Shown piece after piece: positions 24,906 to 38,620 of a stretch of DNA of 64,000 bases (position 1 is the stretch's first letter; the number at the start of each line of letters is the position of its first letter). A program made the translations under genes and the position numbers. The notes below the pieces were generated by a model. It ran no database searches. It was not told where the DNA came from and saw only the letters and a program-made list of their open reading frames with translations. Where the stretch lies: positions 1 to 64,000 of the forward strand of contig MCFE01000095.1 in NCBI GenBank assembly GCA_002104905.1. The letters run 5' to 3'. The DNA is from Basidiobolus meristosporus CBS 931.73 (Eukaryota > Fungi > Basidiobolomycota).

Positions 24906-25607
24906 TCAGGAAACAAGGACCGAAACACCGGTCGGCTTCATGAACTCCCTCTGAAGCAATCCTAAAGGCACGTCATCCTCGCTATCATCAGTGGGAGTGT
25001 ATGGCGGTGGTGGAGAGCGACGGCGAGTATTATGAGGACGGCGTCGAGAGATCGGGGTATTAAGACCTCTGGAGTGCGAGAATCTTTGCTCGTTCAATAT
25101 CTGTGTTGGGCGAATCCCTTCTTTTTTCAACTTGGATGTTACTTCAGACATTGTTTGATGTATTAACAGCACTTGGATTAGTGGTCGTCGCGATAGCTCC
25201 TGCATTTTTTGCACGCTGATTTTGTAGGCAAGCTGGGAGGCAGGCACCACAGGTTCACTCTCGTCGGTGGGTACAGGGGTTTCCAAACTCTCCTGGAGCT
25301 CCACTGTCTCTGTAGGTATGGGCTCTTTGACTTCAACCGCCACTGCTTCGTTGTTGGGAACAACAGTACGAGTTTTGACCTTTTTAAGATACGAAGGGAA
25401 ACTAAAAAAGCTCCGGGATGGGGGCTGCTCCACCTGCGGAGGAGCTGGGGCATCCTCGGGTTTCGTAGGCTCGGGCTCTTCCGTGGCAGTTTCAGCAGGC
25501 AGTGGTTTGGGCTCACTGTCCAGGAGAAAGATGCCAGAGAGTCTTCGTTTCAAAGAGCTGTTTTTGGTTATTCGTTTAATTTTCCTACTGGGATTTTCCG
25601 CAGACAT
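24906..25607 (-). CDS. Hypothetical Pro/Glu-rich protein
   Basis: ATG MSAENPSRK, ~233 aa; ends with acidic DDSEDDVPLG motif of the kind seen in fungal disordered proteins. Confidence 0.65.
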   Translation of the reverse strand: MSAENPSRKIKRITKNSSLKRRLSGIFLLDSEPKPLPAETATEEPEPTKPEDAPAPPQVEQPPSRSFFSFPSYLKKVKTRTVVPNNEAVAVEVKEPIPTETVELQESLETPVPTDESEPVVPASQLAYKISVQKMQELSRRPLIQVLLIHQTMSEVTSKLKKEGIRPTQILNEQRFSHSRGLNTPISRRRPHNTRRRSPPPPYTPTDDSEDDVPLGLLQREFMKPTGVSVLVS

Positions 25608-27598
25608 AGTAATCTCTAAAGAGGTGGACAACTTCAATGGCTATGCACGAAAGAAGGTACTCAAACGTCACCAATGCAGGTACAGTTGCTATAAAGTAAA
25701 AGGATGGGCGGATATCTTGCACGAAAATCCGGGTGTTAAAGATAAGAGACGACCGAGTCGAAGGGCACCGTGGCCATTTTTATAGTCAATCTCAGGTCAA
25801 GATTTAGAATAATCCAAAGGGATCTTTGTCATTCAGGTAGCTAGCCTTGCCCATAGATTTGTTAGGAAACTGATCCTATAATTCAACAGTATCACCGAAT
25901 GGTCAATTCAGATATGAGACCCTATTTTGGAAACCACGATTTTTCCTCCCACAACGCCCCAAAAATCGACGGAATCGAATCAATATATAGAACTAATCCA
26001 TATGGGAGAAATTCGTAAACCCTCGTGTAAAATGTAGCAGTAGCTTGGGACTCTCCCCCACACTACTATAGCTTGTGGTGTTTGCCGCTTCGTACCAATC
26101 GATGAGATGTATGGCTTGCCATTTCGATTTCACCACCAAGGATCCCCTGCATTCAGAAAATCTGCTATAGTGAATTAGGAATGCCGGTTGCTTCAATCGG
26201 AGAATATCCCGCAATTCCACCAATCGATATCGCACTTACCAATCTGAATCTCCTTGAGCTTGGAATATTTGATTTTGCCTTCCAGCTCGAATTACAACGA
26301 CGGTGATTCACGGTTGTATTTGTTCCCTGAAATATGGCGGTTGTGGCGAAGGACCAGAATCACTGGCACAGTATGGGTGGATTTGCCACAGCCTCCAATT
26401 ATGCTGGCTGAATGTGCAAGACCCTAGCAAAGAGTGGGTTTCCCGAGATCTTTGACGTCTAGTCCAACCGTTCTGTGCTAACATTTCTTGGAAGTCCATT
26501 CCTTCAGCGTGCAGAATTGCAGTAATGTTTACACAATTCTAATCTAGGCTTTCCTACCTTTACTGATTGCCAAGCTCTTGATCATGCTTTTGATTGGGCT
26601 ATGGGCCAGCAAGATTAGAGAGATATAAGAATACCTGATGGATGAAGTCTACGATGTAGCTGACATTACTATTCACCATGATTATCCTCGATCTTTGCTA
26701 TATGGAGCATTCTACGTCGATGTCAATAATAGATCGGGAAATACGAAGAAGGTTCTTCATACTAGGTTGAGTACCAAAAACAAATATACCACGTCAAATC
26801 CGAAGAAATTTTCAGGGAGATTTTGCATGCATAATGGCAAACTACCGATTTATTGGAGGATGTCGGGTGGTTTGATAACATCATATTTGGCAAGAATGTG
26901 ATGGATTTGATGTTCTTGGACATCACAAGCATTTCACCCACTATTTATAACACCGCGCCTCCTATTTCGTCTGTCACCTATCGATACCAGTCATCATCTG
27001 GTTTATCAGAAACAGAAGGAACTCTCGTCAGAGAATAGGCGGATGCTAAGCAAAACAAACAACTGTACCGCTGAAGCGTAGAATTTATCCGATTCTTGAC
27101 ACACTATATAATCCATCAATGGCACCCCGATCTTTGTGCGCTTGCTTACATTCATCAAGTAGCAGATGTTAATATTGATACAACAATCAGGCCATACAAT
27201 GGCGGAATGTTCCGAAGCGATAGAACAGTAAATAATCCACCTCAAAACATCGCGCTTGTAATTAGTGGCAGTTGGAAACATCAATTGATTAAATTATCCT
27301 CGTAAGGCTTCATGAATAATCAATGCATAGCCTCACAACGCACCTGCACATAACCTGTCACTACGAATCATTGGGTCTATGACCTCGAATAGGGGGTGTA
27401 TTCGAACCATAATATAAACCGAGGGTTGCAATATCTCAAATCACCCTTCTTACTTTTGTAAAAGGTGACTTTCCCATAACCTTGTTCGCTGTAAAAAGAC
27501 TCTTATCCCCCGCGACACGATTCCACACGATAAATATTAAACCTTGCGTCTGTTTGTCCATTTCACCCTCTTCACCACGAAGAAACTAACCGCCAAAT

Positions 27599-28483
27599 AT
27601 GTCCCCTATTTCCAAAGAGCCAATTCTCTACGCAACCGGAAAGGTCGTAGGCCAAATTCCGGTGGACATCGATGACCTTCTTTTTCTGGGACTGGACGTT
27701 GCTGGCGCCTACCCCAAAACCGCGCCATCCTACGTTTCTCTCCGCCCCAGCAAATTTCAGCACACATTACCGGTCGACTTTGACCTCTTAACCTCGCCGG
27801 AAAACCGCTCCTTGGACTTTTCCACTAAACAGCCCGTTGCGAACTCCGAGTCCAGCAAAACACCTTACTCGTTGGGACTGCTTCCTAATAAATCGGCGGA
27901 TTCGCTAAGCTCTGAAGATACCTCATCATCGGAGGCCGATGTTTTTTCTAATAGCCTGCTTGAGGCATCATCTGATTCCTTTGATACTTCAGGTGAGCAG
28001 ATTATGGATATTGATCAATATATACATATCGGTCAAAGCTACGGCTCAGTTGTCGTCCAGACTGCTTCTTCAATCCATAGTTCAGGCTTAGAGCAGCAAT
28101 CCAATCAAATTGTGTCTACCATCTTGAAGTCGGATGGTGCCGTAGAAAAAACGGGCACGGGACCTCAATCAATGCCTCCCTCCTGCAACGCTTCCTTGGC
28201 ACGAGCCATGGCTAAATCACCTAATACACCCGCAACTCTACGTCAGCTGGACATCGACAATTACATTCATATTGGTAATCCAGCGACATGTTTGCGCAAA
28301 ATGCCCACTGAAAGGGGCGAACCAACGACAGTAGTCAAGTACGCGCATCGCGCATTACATTCCAAACACAACTCATCCATACCAACATTTGTTCGGCGCA
28401 TGAAGCCTCGCTTTTGGCGCAGATGTGTTGGCACATTGAAGAGTATTCGGTTTGCAAGGAACCAGCGCGCCTGTGCCATCTAA
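27599..28483 (+). CDS. Hypothetical Ser-rich protein with repeated DIDxYIHIG motif
   Basis: 294-aa single ORF; MDIDQYIHIG, LDIDNYIHIG and degenerate VDIDDLLFLG. Confidence 0.7.
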   Translation: MSPISKEPILYATGKVVGQIPVDIDDLLFLGLDVAGAYPKTAPSYVSLRPSKFQHTLPVDFDLLTSPENRSLDFSTKQPVANSESSKTPYSLGLLPNKSADSLSSEDTSSSEADVFSNSLLEASSDSFDTSGEQIMDIDQYIHIGQSYGSVVVQTASSIHSSGLEQQSNQIVSTILKSDGAVEKTGTGPQSMPPSCNASLARAMAKSPNTPATLRQLDIDNYIHIGNPATCLRKMPTERGEPTTVVKYAHRALHSKHNSSIPTFVRRMKPRFWRRCVGTLKSIRFARNQRACAI

Positions 28484-28862
28484 TTTATGCCCTTATGCTG
28501 TGATAGCCGCAGTGCAGTTTCGTCGACCTTCATGAGGATTTCCGTAGTGTACAGAGCTTTCTTGTCTCATTTTTGTTCGGTAATTTACGTCTGCCGCTTG
28601 GTTTAATCTCTTCTTGTTCCCGCCCTTGTAAATTTTGTGCTTGACTCTTCCCCCAGGCTCTAATTGTCCATAATAACAATACCTACAAACTGGATGACCG
28701 GGTTTCTATGGAAATTCAATTAATTGAATTGGATTTTATTCAGAGCGGAACAGATATACAGATGAACTATCGATTAGGTGTGGTAGAGAATCGAGCAACC
28801 TGGAAGGTTGTGGGGCGATTATCGGTGTATAGGGGTGGAACGGGCCTGCGGGTTGGTTCCGC

Positions 28863-30473
28863 TTATTCCCATTCGATGGTGGCGGGGGGCTTGGTGCTGA
28901 CATCGTAGACGACACGGTTAACTCCCTTGACCTCGTTAATAATTCTGCTGGAGATCTTTTTGATGACATCATATGGCATGGGGTACCAGTCGGCAGTCAT
29001 GAAATCGGTGGTTTCTACGGCACGGAGAGCAATAACTTGCTCGTAGGTACGCTTGTCACCCATGACACCAACGGACTTGATGGGAAGAAGAGCGGCGAAG
29101 GCCTGGCTGGTCTTGCGGTAGAGACCTGCCTTCTTGATTTCCTCAATGTAGATGTGATCGGCAAGACGAGCGATCTCAACTTGGGAAGGAGTGACCTCGC
29201 CAAGAATACGGATAGCGATACCTGGTCCAGGGAAAGGATGGCGCCAGACGAGCTCATCATCAAGACCCATGACCTTACCGAGGGAGCGGACCTCATCCTT
29301 GAAGAGCTCACGGAGGGGTTCGATCAACTTCAACTTCATGTCTTCCAAGAGACCACCGACATTGTGGTGAGTCTTGATGGTGGCAGAGGGACCCTTGAAG
29401 GAGATGGATTCAATGACATCAGGGTACAAGGTACCTTGAAGCAAGAACTCGATCTTACCCTTTCCACTCTTCTCGGATTCAATATCGAGGGCGGCAGCCT
29501 CGGATTCGAATACCTCGATGAAAGTGTTACCGATGATCTTACGCTTCTTCTCGGGGTCGGAGACACCCTTGAGCTTGCCCAAGAACAAGTCGGCGGCATC
29601 GACAACCTTGAGGTTGATACCCAAGTGCTCACCAAGAATAGCCTTGACGTTCTGGCACTCGTTGAGACGCATGACTCCGTTGTCGACAAGGATGGCGTGG
29701 AAACGATCACCGATAGCTTCAGTCATCAACTTGGCAGCGACGGTGGAGTCGACACCACCGGAGACGGCACCGACAACCTGGGCGGTAGGGCCAACGATCT
29801 TGCGGATTCTCTCGATCTCTTTGTCGATGAAAGACTCCATGGTCCAGTTGGCCTCGCACTCGCACACGTCGATGACGAAGTTCTTCAAGAGAACGGTTCC
29901 TTGAGGGGTGTGGGTGACCTCAGGATGGAATTGGATACCGAAGATGTGCTTCTCCTCGTTGGCAATAGCGGCATAAGGAGCGGTGGAAGTTCTACCGATC
30001 ACACGGTAACCCTTAGGGGGCTCGGACAATTGGTCGCCGTGAGACATCCAGACTTGCATTTCACCTTCCAAGGAGTTGAAGAGACGGTCGACGAAAGGAT
30101 GGTCATCGTGCTTGAGGATGTTGAGCATAGCGTGGCCATACTCACGATGCTCGCAGGGAGCAACCTTACCACCATTGACCCAGGTGAGTTCTTGGAGACC
30201 GTAGCAGATACCGAGAACGGGGACGCCAAGGTCAAAGACGGCAGGGTCAACGTGGGGAGCGTCAGCATCATAAACTGAGTAAGGACTACCGGAGAGGATA
30301 ACACCCTTAGGCTTGAAGTGCAATTCGCTGATCTTCTGGGTGCAGGGAAGAAGCTCGCAGTAAACACCGACCTCACGAATACGGCGGGTTATAAGGTGGG
30401 AGTATTGAGAACCAAAGTCCAAAATGAGGACGGTATCGTACAACTTCGAAACATCAGCGGGTTGAGCAGCCAT
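28863..30473 (-). CDS. GUA1: GMP synthase (glutamine-hydrolysing)
   Basis: [82 protein letters not shown]; strong codon bias; no introns. Confidence 0.98.
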   Translation of the reverse strand: MAAQPADVSKLYDTVLILDFGSQYSHLITRRIREVGVYCELLPCTQKISELHFKPKGVILSGSPYSVYDADAPHVDPAVFDLGVPVLGICYGLQELTWVNGGKVAPCEHREYGHAMLNILKHDDHPFVDRLFNSLEGEMQVWMSHGDQLSEPPKGYRVIGRTSTAPYAAIANEEKHIFGIQFHPEVTHTPQGTVLLKNFVIDVCECEANWTMESFIDKEIERIRKIVGPTAQVVGAVSGGVDSTVAAKLMTEAIGDRFHAILVDNGVMRLNECQNVKAILGEHLGINLKVVDAADLFLGKLKGVSDPEKKRKIIGNTFIEVFESEAAALDIESEKSGKGKIEFLLQGTLYPDVIESISFKGPSATIKTHHNVGGLLEDMKLKLIEPLRELFKDEVRSLGKVMGLDDELVWRHPFPGPGIAIRILGEVTPSQVEIARLADHIYIEEIKKAGLYRKTSQAFAALLPIKSVGVMGDKRTYEQVIALRAVETTDFMTADWYPMPYDVIKKISSRIINEVKGVNRVVYDVSTKPPATIEWE

Positions 30474-31567
30474 TATCAGTTCAACGAGGAAGCGAAAAAT
30501 AAAAGGAACTGGCGTTGCCGAAACCTGTTACTAACTCCCTCGCTATTTCTACTTGAGAGTCGTTTTTTTTTCTCCACCCTATCGAATCAACCGCATGCCC
30601 GTCCAATTGAAGCGCCGGAAAGCCAAACTTTTTTTCATGCATCTGTGAATGGTTTCCACAAACCAAAAAGGATTATTCCAACGGAGGCCCCGGATTGGTC
30701 CGTGGCATGCTAATTCCAACGTAGAGATGGGTGATCTTGGAAAGGCTCCGACTTTTTTCGTCGTGTTGGGATTGCCCGGCCTAGCGACTGATCAGCCAGT
30801 TAGATCGCTTCGTTCGTGAGATACTGGCGATCACAGCATGATCCAATCCGGAATTTGTGGATTTACACTTACAACGAACAAAAGGCGAATTTGGAAAATG
30901 GATTGAAGTGCCGCCGGAGTCAACTATCTAGGTGAGCATCAAGCGATGTTGAGTCAGCGCTTCGTGAGATGTGCTGGATCCCTTACATTGTTGTTGATGC
31001 GGTTTGAGATCGCCTCATCCAAAAGGGCACGCAGCCAGTTGGTGGTGCAATTGAGCCTCAGGAAATGCCGGTGCTTGATGTGTATAATCTATGTGCTACG
31101 TGAGGCGCCTTGGCTCTCTCGAGGGCATCCCCACCCTGCTGGCGACCTAGCTCTCGGTGGCCAATTTCCCCAAAAGAGAAATGCTGCTGCAAATCTTGCA
31201 CCGTGGCATTGCCTAGGGATTGTGTCATTCGTCAACGGCCACTTAGCCAGATGGATCCGACGATTGATGTGCGCATAGGGTTAAGCAAATTGATTAAGAT
31301 CCCACCTTGGAGAAAGAACAAAATAGAAAAACGCTGAAAAAAAACCAGGGACATAAGTCAGGTGAAATCCAAGTGGGGACCGAGTCCACGAAAAATAGAA
31401 TAACTGCATTTCTTTGCGTGCATTCTGGCTTTTGACCTCAATTTGTGGTTTTTCTTGGTTCCCTCCATACAAACCGTAAAATGTAAGCATCTCTCGTTTT
31501 CTTGCCGTGTTGATTCATCAGCTGGCGAACTTCTACTAAGTGATGAATCATCTTTTAGTTATCCAAG

Positions 31568-32864
31568 ATGTCGGTCGTAGAGAAGATTAAGGAGATTGAG
31601 GCCGAAATGGCCCGTACCCAGAAGAACAAGGCTACTTCTAATCACTTGGGTATTTTGAAGGCCAAGTTGGCCAAGCTTCGTCGTGAGCTGTTGACACCTA
31701 AAGGTGGAGGCGGTGGCGGTGAAGGAGGTATGTTTTGTTTTCTTCACTATTCACCCGCGATTTCATCTCATCTTTTTTCCTCTGAAAGCTGGTTTCGATG
31801 TCGCAAAGACTGGTGAAGCTCGTGTCGGCTTCGTAGGTTCGTCTATTTTAATGTTCCCCTGGTCTACATGGCATGTCGACTGACTCCCTACCCCTTGCAC
31901 TACTCAGGTTTCCCTTCTGTTGGTAAATCCACTTTGATGTCCAAGTTGACCGGTACTCACTCCGAAGTCGGTGCCTACGAGTTTACAACATTGACCACCG
32001 TTCCAGGTGTTGTTCAATATAAGGGTGCTAAGATCCAGGTATCTAGATAGATCGTTGGTTGTATTGTGCCGGCACCTCAGATTAATAGCGTTGTGATAGA
32101 TTCTTGATTTGCCCGGTATTATTGAAGGTGCCAAGGATGGCAAGGGTCGTGGTCGTCAAGTCATTGCTGTTGCACGTACCTGCTCGCTTATCTTCCTTGT
32201 TTTGGACGTCCTCAAGCCCCTTACCGACAAACGTATCATCGAGCGAGAGTTGGAAGGTTTCGGTATTCGTTTGAACAAGCAGCCTCCTAATATCTATTTC
32301 AAGAAGAAGGAAAAGGGTGGCATCAACATGACCAACACCGTGCCCCTTACCCACTTGGATTTGGATGGTGTGAAGGCCATCTTGTCCGAGTACAGAATCC
32401 ATAATGCCGATATTTCGTTCCGTTGCGATGCAACTGCTGATGACCTTATCGATATTATTGAAGGAAATCGTGTGTACGTTCCTGCCATCTACGTCCTGAA
32501 CAAGATCGATCAAATCTCCATTGAGGAGCTTGACTTGATCTACAAGATTCCACACGCGGTTCCCATCTCCGCCCATCATGAGTGGAACTTCGATGAGTTG
32601 TTGGACAAAATGTGGGAATATCTTAGCTTGGTGCGTGTATACACCAAGCCCAAGGGACAACTTCCCGACTATGGCACCCCTGTGGTGTTGAAGCGTGGCC
32701 AATCTTCCATGGAAGATTTCTGTAACAACATTCACAAGGCCATTATTCGCCAGTTCAGATATGCTTTGGTTTGGGGTAACTCCGTGAAGCACAACCCACA
32801 GAAAGTTGGTAAAGAGCACATTCTTGATGACGAAGATGTTGTTCAGATTGTCAAGAAGGTGTAA
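31568..32864 (+). CDS. RBG1: Developmentally regulated GTP-binding protein DRG1/Rbg1 (multi-exon)
   Basis: [53 protein letters not shown]-domain C-terminus. Confidence 0.97.
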
Positions 32865-33082
32865 ATTTCGGTTCAACTCCCCACTAGGCGCTCGACCATG
32901 TTCAATTATACATATCTGTAGAACGTACTCTATCTATACTTGGCCGTGCCTTAATCCTCTGCAAAGAACTCCTTCATCTATGAAATAAATCGGTTCTAAA
33001 ATTGTATATGGACTATATTTTATTTCTGATGATGCTGTACATATCCACTCACATAAGCTTCTAAACTGAACCTTGACCAACC

Positions 33083-34124
33083 CTAGCTTCCTTGGATTTC
33101 GTTTAAAATAGACTGCTTCCAACTAAGGTATTCTCGGTACTTGCGTGTATGACGGTAATCTACGCCGGAAATCTAGACAACACAACCAACACGCATTAGA
33201 ATGGGGCGGGGAAGTTTTCAATGAGAGGGTCGCTTACCATGGCTGCAACTCCACTAACAGGGCCCTGCTTATGGATAAGCTCTGTAGGCACTGGGGCCTT
33301 GGTTTCTTTGACAGGTGATTTCTGCATGGCTTCCTTTGGTGGCTGCGATGGAGCCTCCCCCTGTTCTTGGGGAGCTGGGTCATCGGGATTCGTTTCTTCC
33401 TGAGTTTTCTTTTTTCTCCTGGGTGTCTTGGCACTCTTTTTGGACTCCTCCAGTACTTTAATTTCCTCTTTGCAGATTTGCTCCAGTGCCTTCAAAACCG
33501 CGTTAAACTGGTTGTTCTGGCAGCCACATACGGTGACAACACTGGCTTTATCGATTTTCACCCCCAAACTCTTGCAACACTTGTAGAAAGCAGTGGCCAA
33601 ATAGACGGGATGCTCGAAATCAACACTGTTCAACTGTGCACCAGTAAGCATGGAGGTCCACTTCCCCCGGAACGATTGCATGAGTTGGGCTACCGAAGGG
33701 GTGATTTGAGTACAGCCGAACTGTACCCCCAGTTCGTCCACGGTAACCTGGGTGTTTAGAGAGAGGCTACGTTTGACAATAGCCATGGTATTACGATACA
33801 CATTGGGGGGAACCCCGGAAAGGGAGACTAGCGCAGGCTGACTGAAATCTTCGTGCAAACTTGAGTAGACGACGGGTTAGATACGGAGGAAAATCAAATA
33901 TACCCCACCTAATTAGTAACAAGCAAACTGCCTCTCCTCACAGCAGGAACATACCTTTCGCAGGCTAGTTGAACACATAAGGCTGGCTTACAGACACCAC
34001 CCTGTTTCAGTGAAGTGCTGGGGATCTTGAAGTTTACCAATTCCAGAAACTCGCGAGCTTTCTCGGCAATCTTGAGGTTTTGCTCAAGCTGCAAGGAGCT
34101 GATCAGGTGGTCAATAGAAGACAT
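33083..34124 (-). CDS. ORC6: Origin recognition complex subunit 6 (multi-exon)
   Basis: TFIIB-like ORC6 pattern: KAREFLEL, KPALCVQLACE, SLSGVPPNVY, VDELGVQFGC, VDFEHPVYLATAF; last exon DYRHTRKYREYLSWKQSIL*. Confidence 0.88.
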
Positions 34125-35082
34125 TTTGCGAAGGATGATAAGGGGCAAGCTTGATGATGTAGTTGCTTGTATTGTTTGTTTTGATGTACGATATTTTTAG
34201 ATTTCCGAACGATCACCCATTGAAATTTGGAATCTACATCATCTAGGGGGTGCTCGCTGTCGAATTCCTAGCTTGGAAGATTTATATGCTGGTTCCCTTC
34301 GAATGTATGAACCGAAGGCTGAGGGCATCCATGTTGCCCACCTTAGTAATACCCCGCCGAAGAGAGGCCATGACACGCCACCATTCACCACTGAGAACTA
34401 TGCCAATCGAGCCCGTGGCTGCTTTTATGTCGATGGTGTTGTCGAGTGATACAAGAACCTACCACCACCTCTAAACTCTTGTCACGCTATGTCCCGCTTC
34501 TACTTGGGTCTAGTAATCCTCGACCTGAGTCTTGGGTTCAGGGTTACTTTTCTAGGGGTACTGTATGCGATGCCGTTTTGGCCAAGGATAGCTTTATGGC
34601 TTATGGGACCTACACTATTAGCACCGGCGAGTCACGTGAGATATTGATCAGCTGTTGGAGAAATGAAAGCATCGCTAATTCCGCAACAGGATATACTTGA
34701 GACGCAGGGGCGATATATATTCTATGTTATGTTAGGATTGTTGGGTCCAGTCCAACCCAAAGCTACATTGGCAACCTTCATTGCAGTCTCGGACGATTAC
34801 GTGGAGTCCAATGTCTGTCTTACATTTGACCGGGAGACAGCCCATTCAACTAAACATGCTACTTACGAGCATAACATTGTACACTGAATATTGGGGTTAA
34901 ATATCTACTTGCTTAAGGTGGTGATTTTGCTTAAAAGTGGGGTTAATTTTTAGGGTGCCTTACACACACGATGGCTGAAGTCTGGTATAGGTAGAAAATT
35001 TTCTATATGAGGCTGAAAATAGAAAATTTACAAAGACTAACTTCGCCTTGGTTGAATTCCTCTCCAACAAAACGAACATAGT

Positions 35083-35511
35083 ATGGATTTCAGTCACCTC
35101 TCCCCCGCTGAACGCTCCCATGTGGAGCAGATATTACACGAGAAGCAGGTGAGACCAGGTTTCTTTTGCCCTCAAAATGGCTATTTTATAACTAGCGTCC
35201 TGAGTAGATGAAAGATTTCATGCGTCTGTACTCCTCTCTCGTCCAAAAGTGCTTCAACCACTGCATCAAGGATTTCACCACGAAGTCACTCACCACAAAA
35301 GAGGTATTCACTACTGCTCGGCCAATGAGAGTTCCGGCGAACTAACTATGTTTAGGATACATGCGTGAACCGCTGCATCGATAAGTTTATGAAGCACAAC
35401 GGCCGAATCGGTCAGCGCTTTGCCGAACAAAACGCAGCCATGATGGCTCAACAGGCACAGCAACAGCAACAGCAACAACAACAGACACCCTCACCATTCC
35501 AATCCATGTGA
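35083..35511 (+). CDS. TIM9: Mitochondrial IMS small Tim chaperone Tim9 (3 exons)
   Basis: EKQ|[32 protein letters not shown]|[26 protein letters not shown]; twin CX3C motif; poly-Q tail. Not in the ORF track. Confidence 0.93.
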
Positions 35512-35774
35512 ACACCGCATTCTTCAACCGAATTTTCACAATATCACATACTATTCATCAAAGCAAATTTTATAGATATAAAAATATCATAAATCCATGG
35601 GAAAACGATGGCTCCAAATTCCTTAGGGAAAGGCTCATATACGTGACAGTTGTGTTCTATGGCGAAGTAAATTTGGCGCCGTTTACGGGGATTGGGAAGG
35701 AGTCACCACCACACCAACCAGTTACTACGGTGGCTCGCATCTGTAATGTTTCATTGCAAACAATGAGGTGTATG

Positions 35775-36575
35775 CTAGTTAAGTGAAGAGAGAAAATCGT
35801 TTAGATTCAACGGTTTCTTTTCCTTCTCCTTGCTTTGTGATATAAGCTTTTGCAGGCCTAGCTTTTTACCCTTCTTTTTCTTGGCCGAGCTGACAGTTGG
35901 GCTGTTCCCAGCGCTCAGATTCATGGTCGGCTTGGGGGTGGGGCTATCAAGCGAACGTTTCTGGATGGTCGACTTGTCAGCTAGTGGGGAGTTTAGGTTG
36001 GTTGGCGTTGAAAGCTCGGAGCTAGTTCTCTCGAAATAAGCGGTTGGTGTCTTGGGCGTTATTGTAGTCAAATGAGTTCTATCTGTGCCGTTGAACTGAG
36101 AGATTCTGTGACATTTGTGACAGGTGTAATTGACAACATTCTTGGTTGTGTTAGAGGTCTTGGCAGTGGCGGTTTTGTTGGAGAAGTTTAAGGGGAACAG
36201 TTTCTCTACGCGTTTACTTCATGTGAGAAGTGTTAGACCAAGCGCTTTATGTTTGGGCAAGCTGGTGGAAGATGACTTCACTTACTTTTGACTAGCATTG
36301 TAGAGGTTTCTCTTCGTTTTGAAGGACGAACTGGCCTTTTTCTTCTGATTGTGCTTAACTTGAACTTTACAAGTGACCCCGGGGACAAAGAGATTCCCGC
36401 ATTTGGTACAAAACTGTGATAGGAGATTTTCGGAGAGTGTTACCTCCAAGGAGTCAGAGAGGCTGAGGAATCTTTGCGAATAAAAGGAGGAAAGCTCAGG
36501 TGAGATGGAATGGACGTGGTGTGCGATGGACCACAGGTACTCTAAGCGGGCGGAATTGTCTGCGCTTGTAGCCAT
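35775..36575 (-). CDS. RPR2: RNase P subunit Rpr2/Rpp21 family (2 exons)
   Basis: ARLEYLWSIAH, FCTKCGNLFVPG and second CxxC YTCHKC; Lys-rich tail ending LNDFLSSLN*. Confidence 0.85.
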
Positions 36576-36732
36576 AGTAAAGTGAGCTTAGGAGCCTGAC
36601 ATGAGTGTAGCTCTATATGGTCGATACCAGAAAAAAAAGTTCCATTTCAATCGGTAGTTTACAATAATCAAGGTTAGAGTGATCACACCTCATCCATGGA
36701 ATCGGTTTATTATGCATAAATTAACCATTAAT

Positions 36733-38404
36733 CTAGTTGGCAAATCGGGTTTGCCCATTCAAGATGTTGTAGCCATTAATGAAATCCTTTGCTGAGCAGG
36801 CTTTCTTATTCTCCAGCTTAACCATGTCACATTGGATCATGGTGCCCTCTTTGCAGACAACCTGGATGCTGTGAGATGCTCTGTCCAGGATGATGGTTCC
36901 GGGGCAGGCGTCTGATATGTCGGCAGAAGGCTCCACCATCCTGATGTTCATAAGTTGGATGGCTGAGTCGCGGAAGGTAGAAGTCAATGGAAACTAAACA
37001 GTCAAACAATCAGTATAATGCGAATACGGAACAGCATGGTGGATGTGGCGGGCTACCTTGGCTCCAATCGCCCTAAAGCGTCTGTAGATCTCTTCGGCAG
37101 ACTGTTCTTTCCAGTCAATGAGAGCCATCTCCTTGGAAATCTTTGGTGCCAGAGTGACCTTGGAAATATCTTGCGACAAAGCATTCCTCTGGGTAATGCT
37201 AAGGATGAGTATCCGTAGATGAACAATGATGATCACGAAGTGCCGGTACCTTGTTTTCCTCAAAGTTGCTCACGGTTTCGAACAGAGCCTTGGATCCAAC
37301 CTCTCCTAGATACGCCTCCATTTCATGATAAAATGGTTCTTTCGGCATGGGCTATGAACATGCTTCAGTTTCCTCTGACTGGGCCCTCTACTTGAGCTAG
37401 TGAATTGCACTCACCACTTTTACTTGCTTGAGAATACGGCCAGCATCGAAGATTTCTTCGTGCAGCTCCATGATCGAAACCCCGGTTTCCTCGTCACCAT
37501 TCAAAATTGCATACTGGATAGGTGAAGCGCCTCGGTACCTACACACAGAATGGATACATCAGTTTCTGCGAAGATGCCGACCAAATGCAATCGTTCGAAA
37601 CGGACTTGGGCAGTAGTGAGGGATGAACATTCACCGCTCCCTTCGTGAAGCTGCGCAGAATTCGGGATGGTAAGAAATATCCAAACGAAACTACCACACC
37701 TAAGTCAAAAGACCCAGTGGGATCTTGCGTGGGTTTTGGCATCTGATAACGCAAGGGGTTAGCCTAAATAAACGCACACGGTGGAGTGTGCTGAGCAATG
37801 GCTGACCTCCCAGCCCTTCATAGTCTTTGGAGGTGGATGGAACACCGACAGGCCTTCTTCTTCGGCATATATCTTCAGTGGAGCTAGGTTTAACCACTCG
37901 TCAATACCTCATATTTTACAACACATAATTGCACGAATATCACCTTTTTGAATTATCTTGAGCCCTCTTCCCCTACGCTGGTCCGGAGGAGTAACAACGT
38001 CCAAACTTTTGATAAAACCATCTGGAGTTTTCTCTAAGGTTGAAGCAAACTGTATTAGGGAAGAACGACGCTTCCATGCGCGGCTTTCGCCAAACCTTAC
38101 TTTTGTATTCCACTAAACGCTTCAAGGAGGCTAACGAAAAGTTGTCTGTTCCGAAGAAGAGAATGCGAAGTCCCTGGTTTTCTACCTAAGTAGCAGATAA
38201 GTTTAGTTGGATCGGGCTTTCAAACAGGAACCTCGAGTGCCGTTGGTTATGCAATGGAAAGGAGGAGAACGCGCCAACCTTGCTAGTGCAGAAAGTGCGT
38301 ACACCAGCAACCCGGGGAAAGCTCCTGGTGCGGAAAAAGTTGCTTGTGAGGCTTGAGAGGAACGGGGGCCTTGTATTCAGGCGGAGCAATAAGGAGCTTC
38401 CCAT
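36733..38404 (-). CDS. FMT1: Mitochondrial methionyl-tRNA formyltransferase (multi-exon)
   Basis: Arg/Ser-rich presequence; [31 protein letters not shown]|[28 protein letters not shown]. Confidence 0.93.
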
Positions 38405-38620
38405 GCTACCGGTTTGCAGTTGCAGTTCGTACCAGAATAGTTGTTGAGGCTGACCATTCAGAAAAATTTATTAAATCGTCCCACTCAACCTTAAAGGTGC
38501 ATAGATATATTGATCCAGCCCACACGGATTAATTATGTAATCATGTAGTTTGTAGTTGATATTTAATTGGGAAATACCTAGCGTTCAGCGCTTTCTTTTA
38601 TTCCTTAGATCAACCTACAC

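Noticed and set aside
25900-27400. Cluster of 60-90 aa ORFs on both strands
   Set aside because: No motif, codon bias or splice model; treated as intergenic or a decayed gene.
29037-30278. 413-aa antisense ORF opposite GUA1 (similar ones opposite RBG1 at 32082-32876 and RPL9 at 43287-43910)
   Set aside because: Expected shadow of strong codon bias in highly expressed genes; no recognisable domain.
34200-35000. Short ORFs between ORC6 and TIM9
   Set aside because: No homology cues; likely divergent promoter/UTR sequence.
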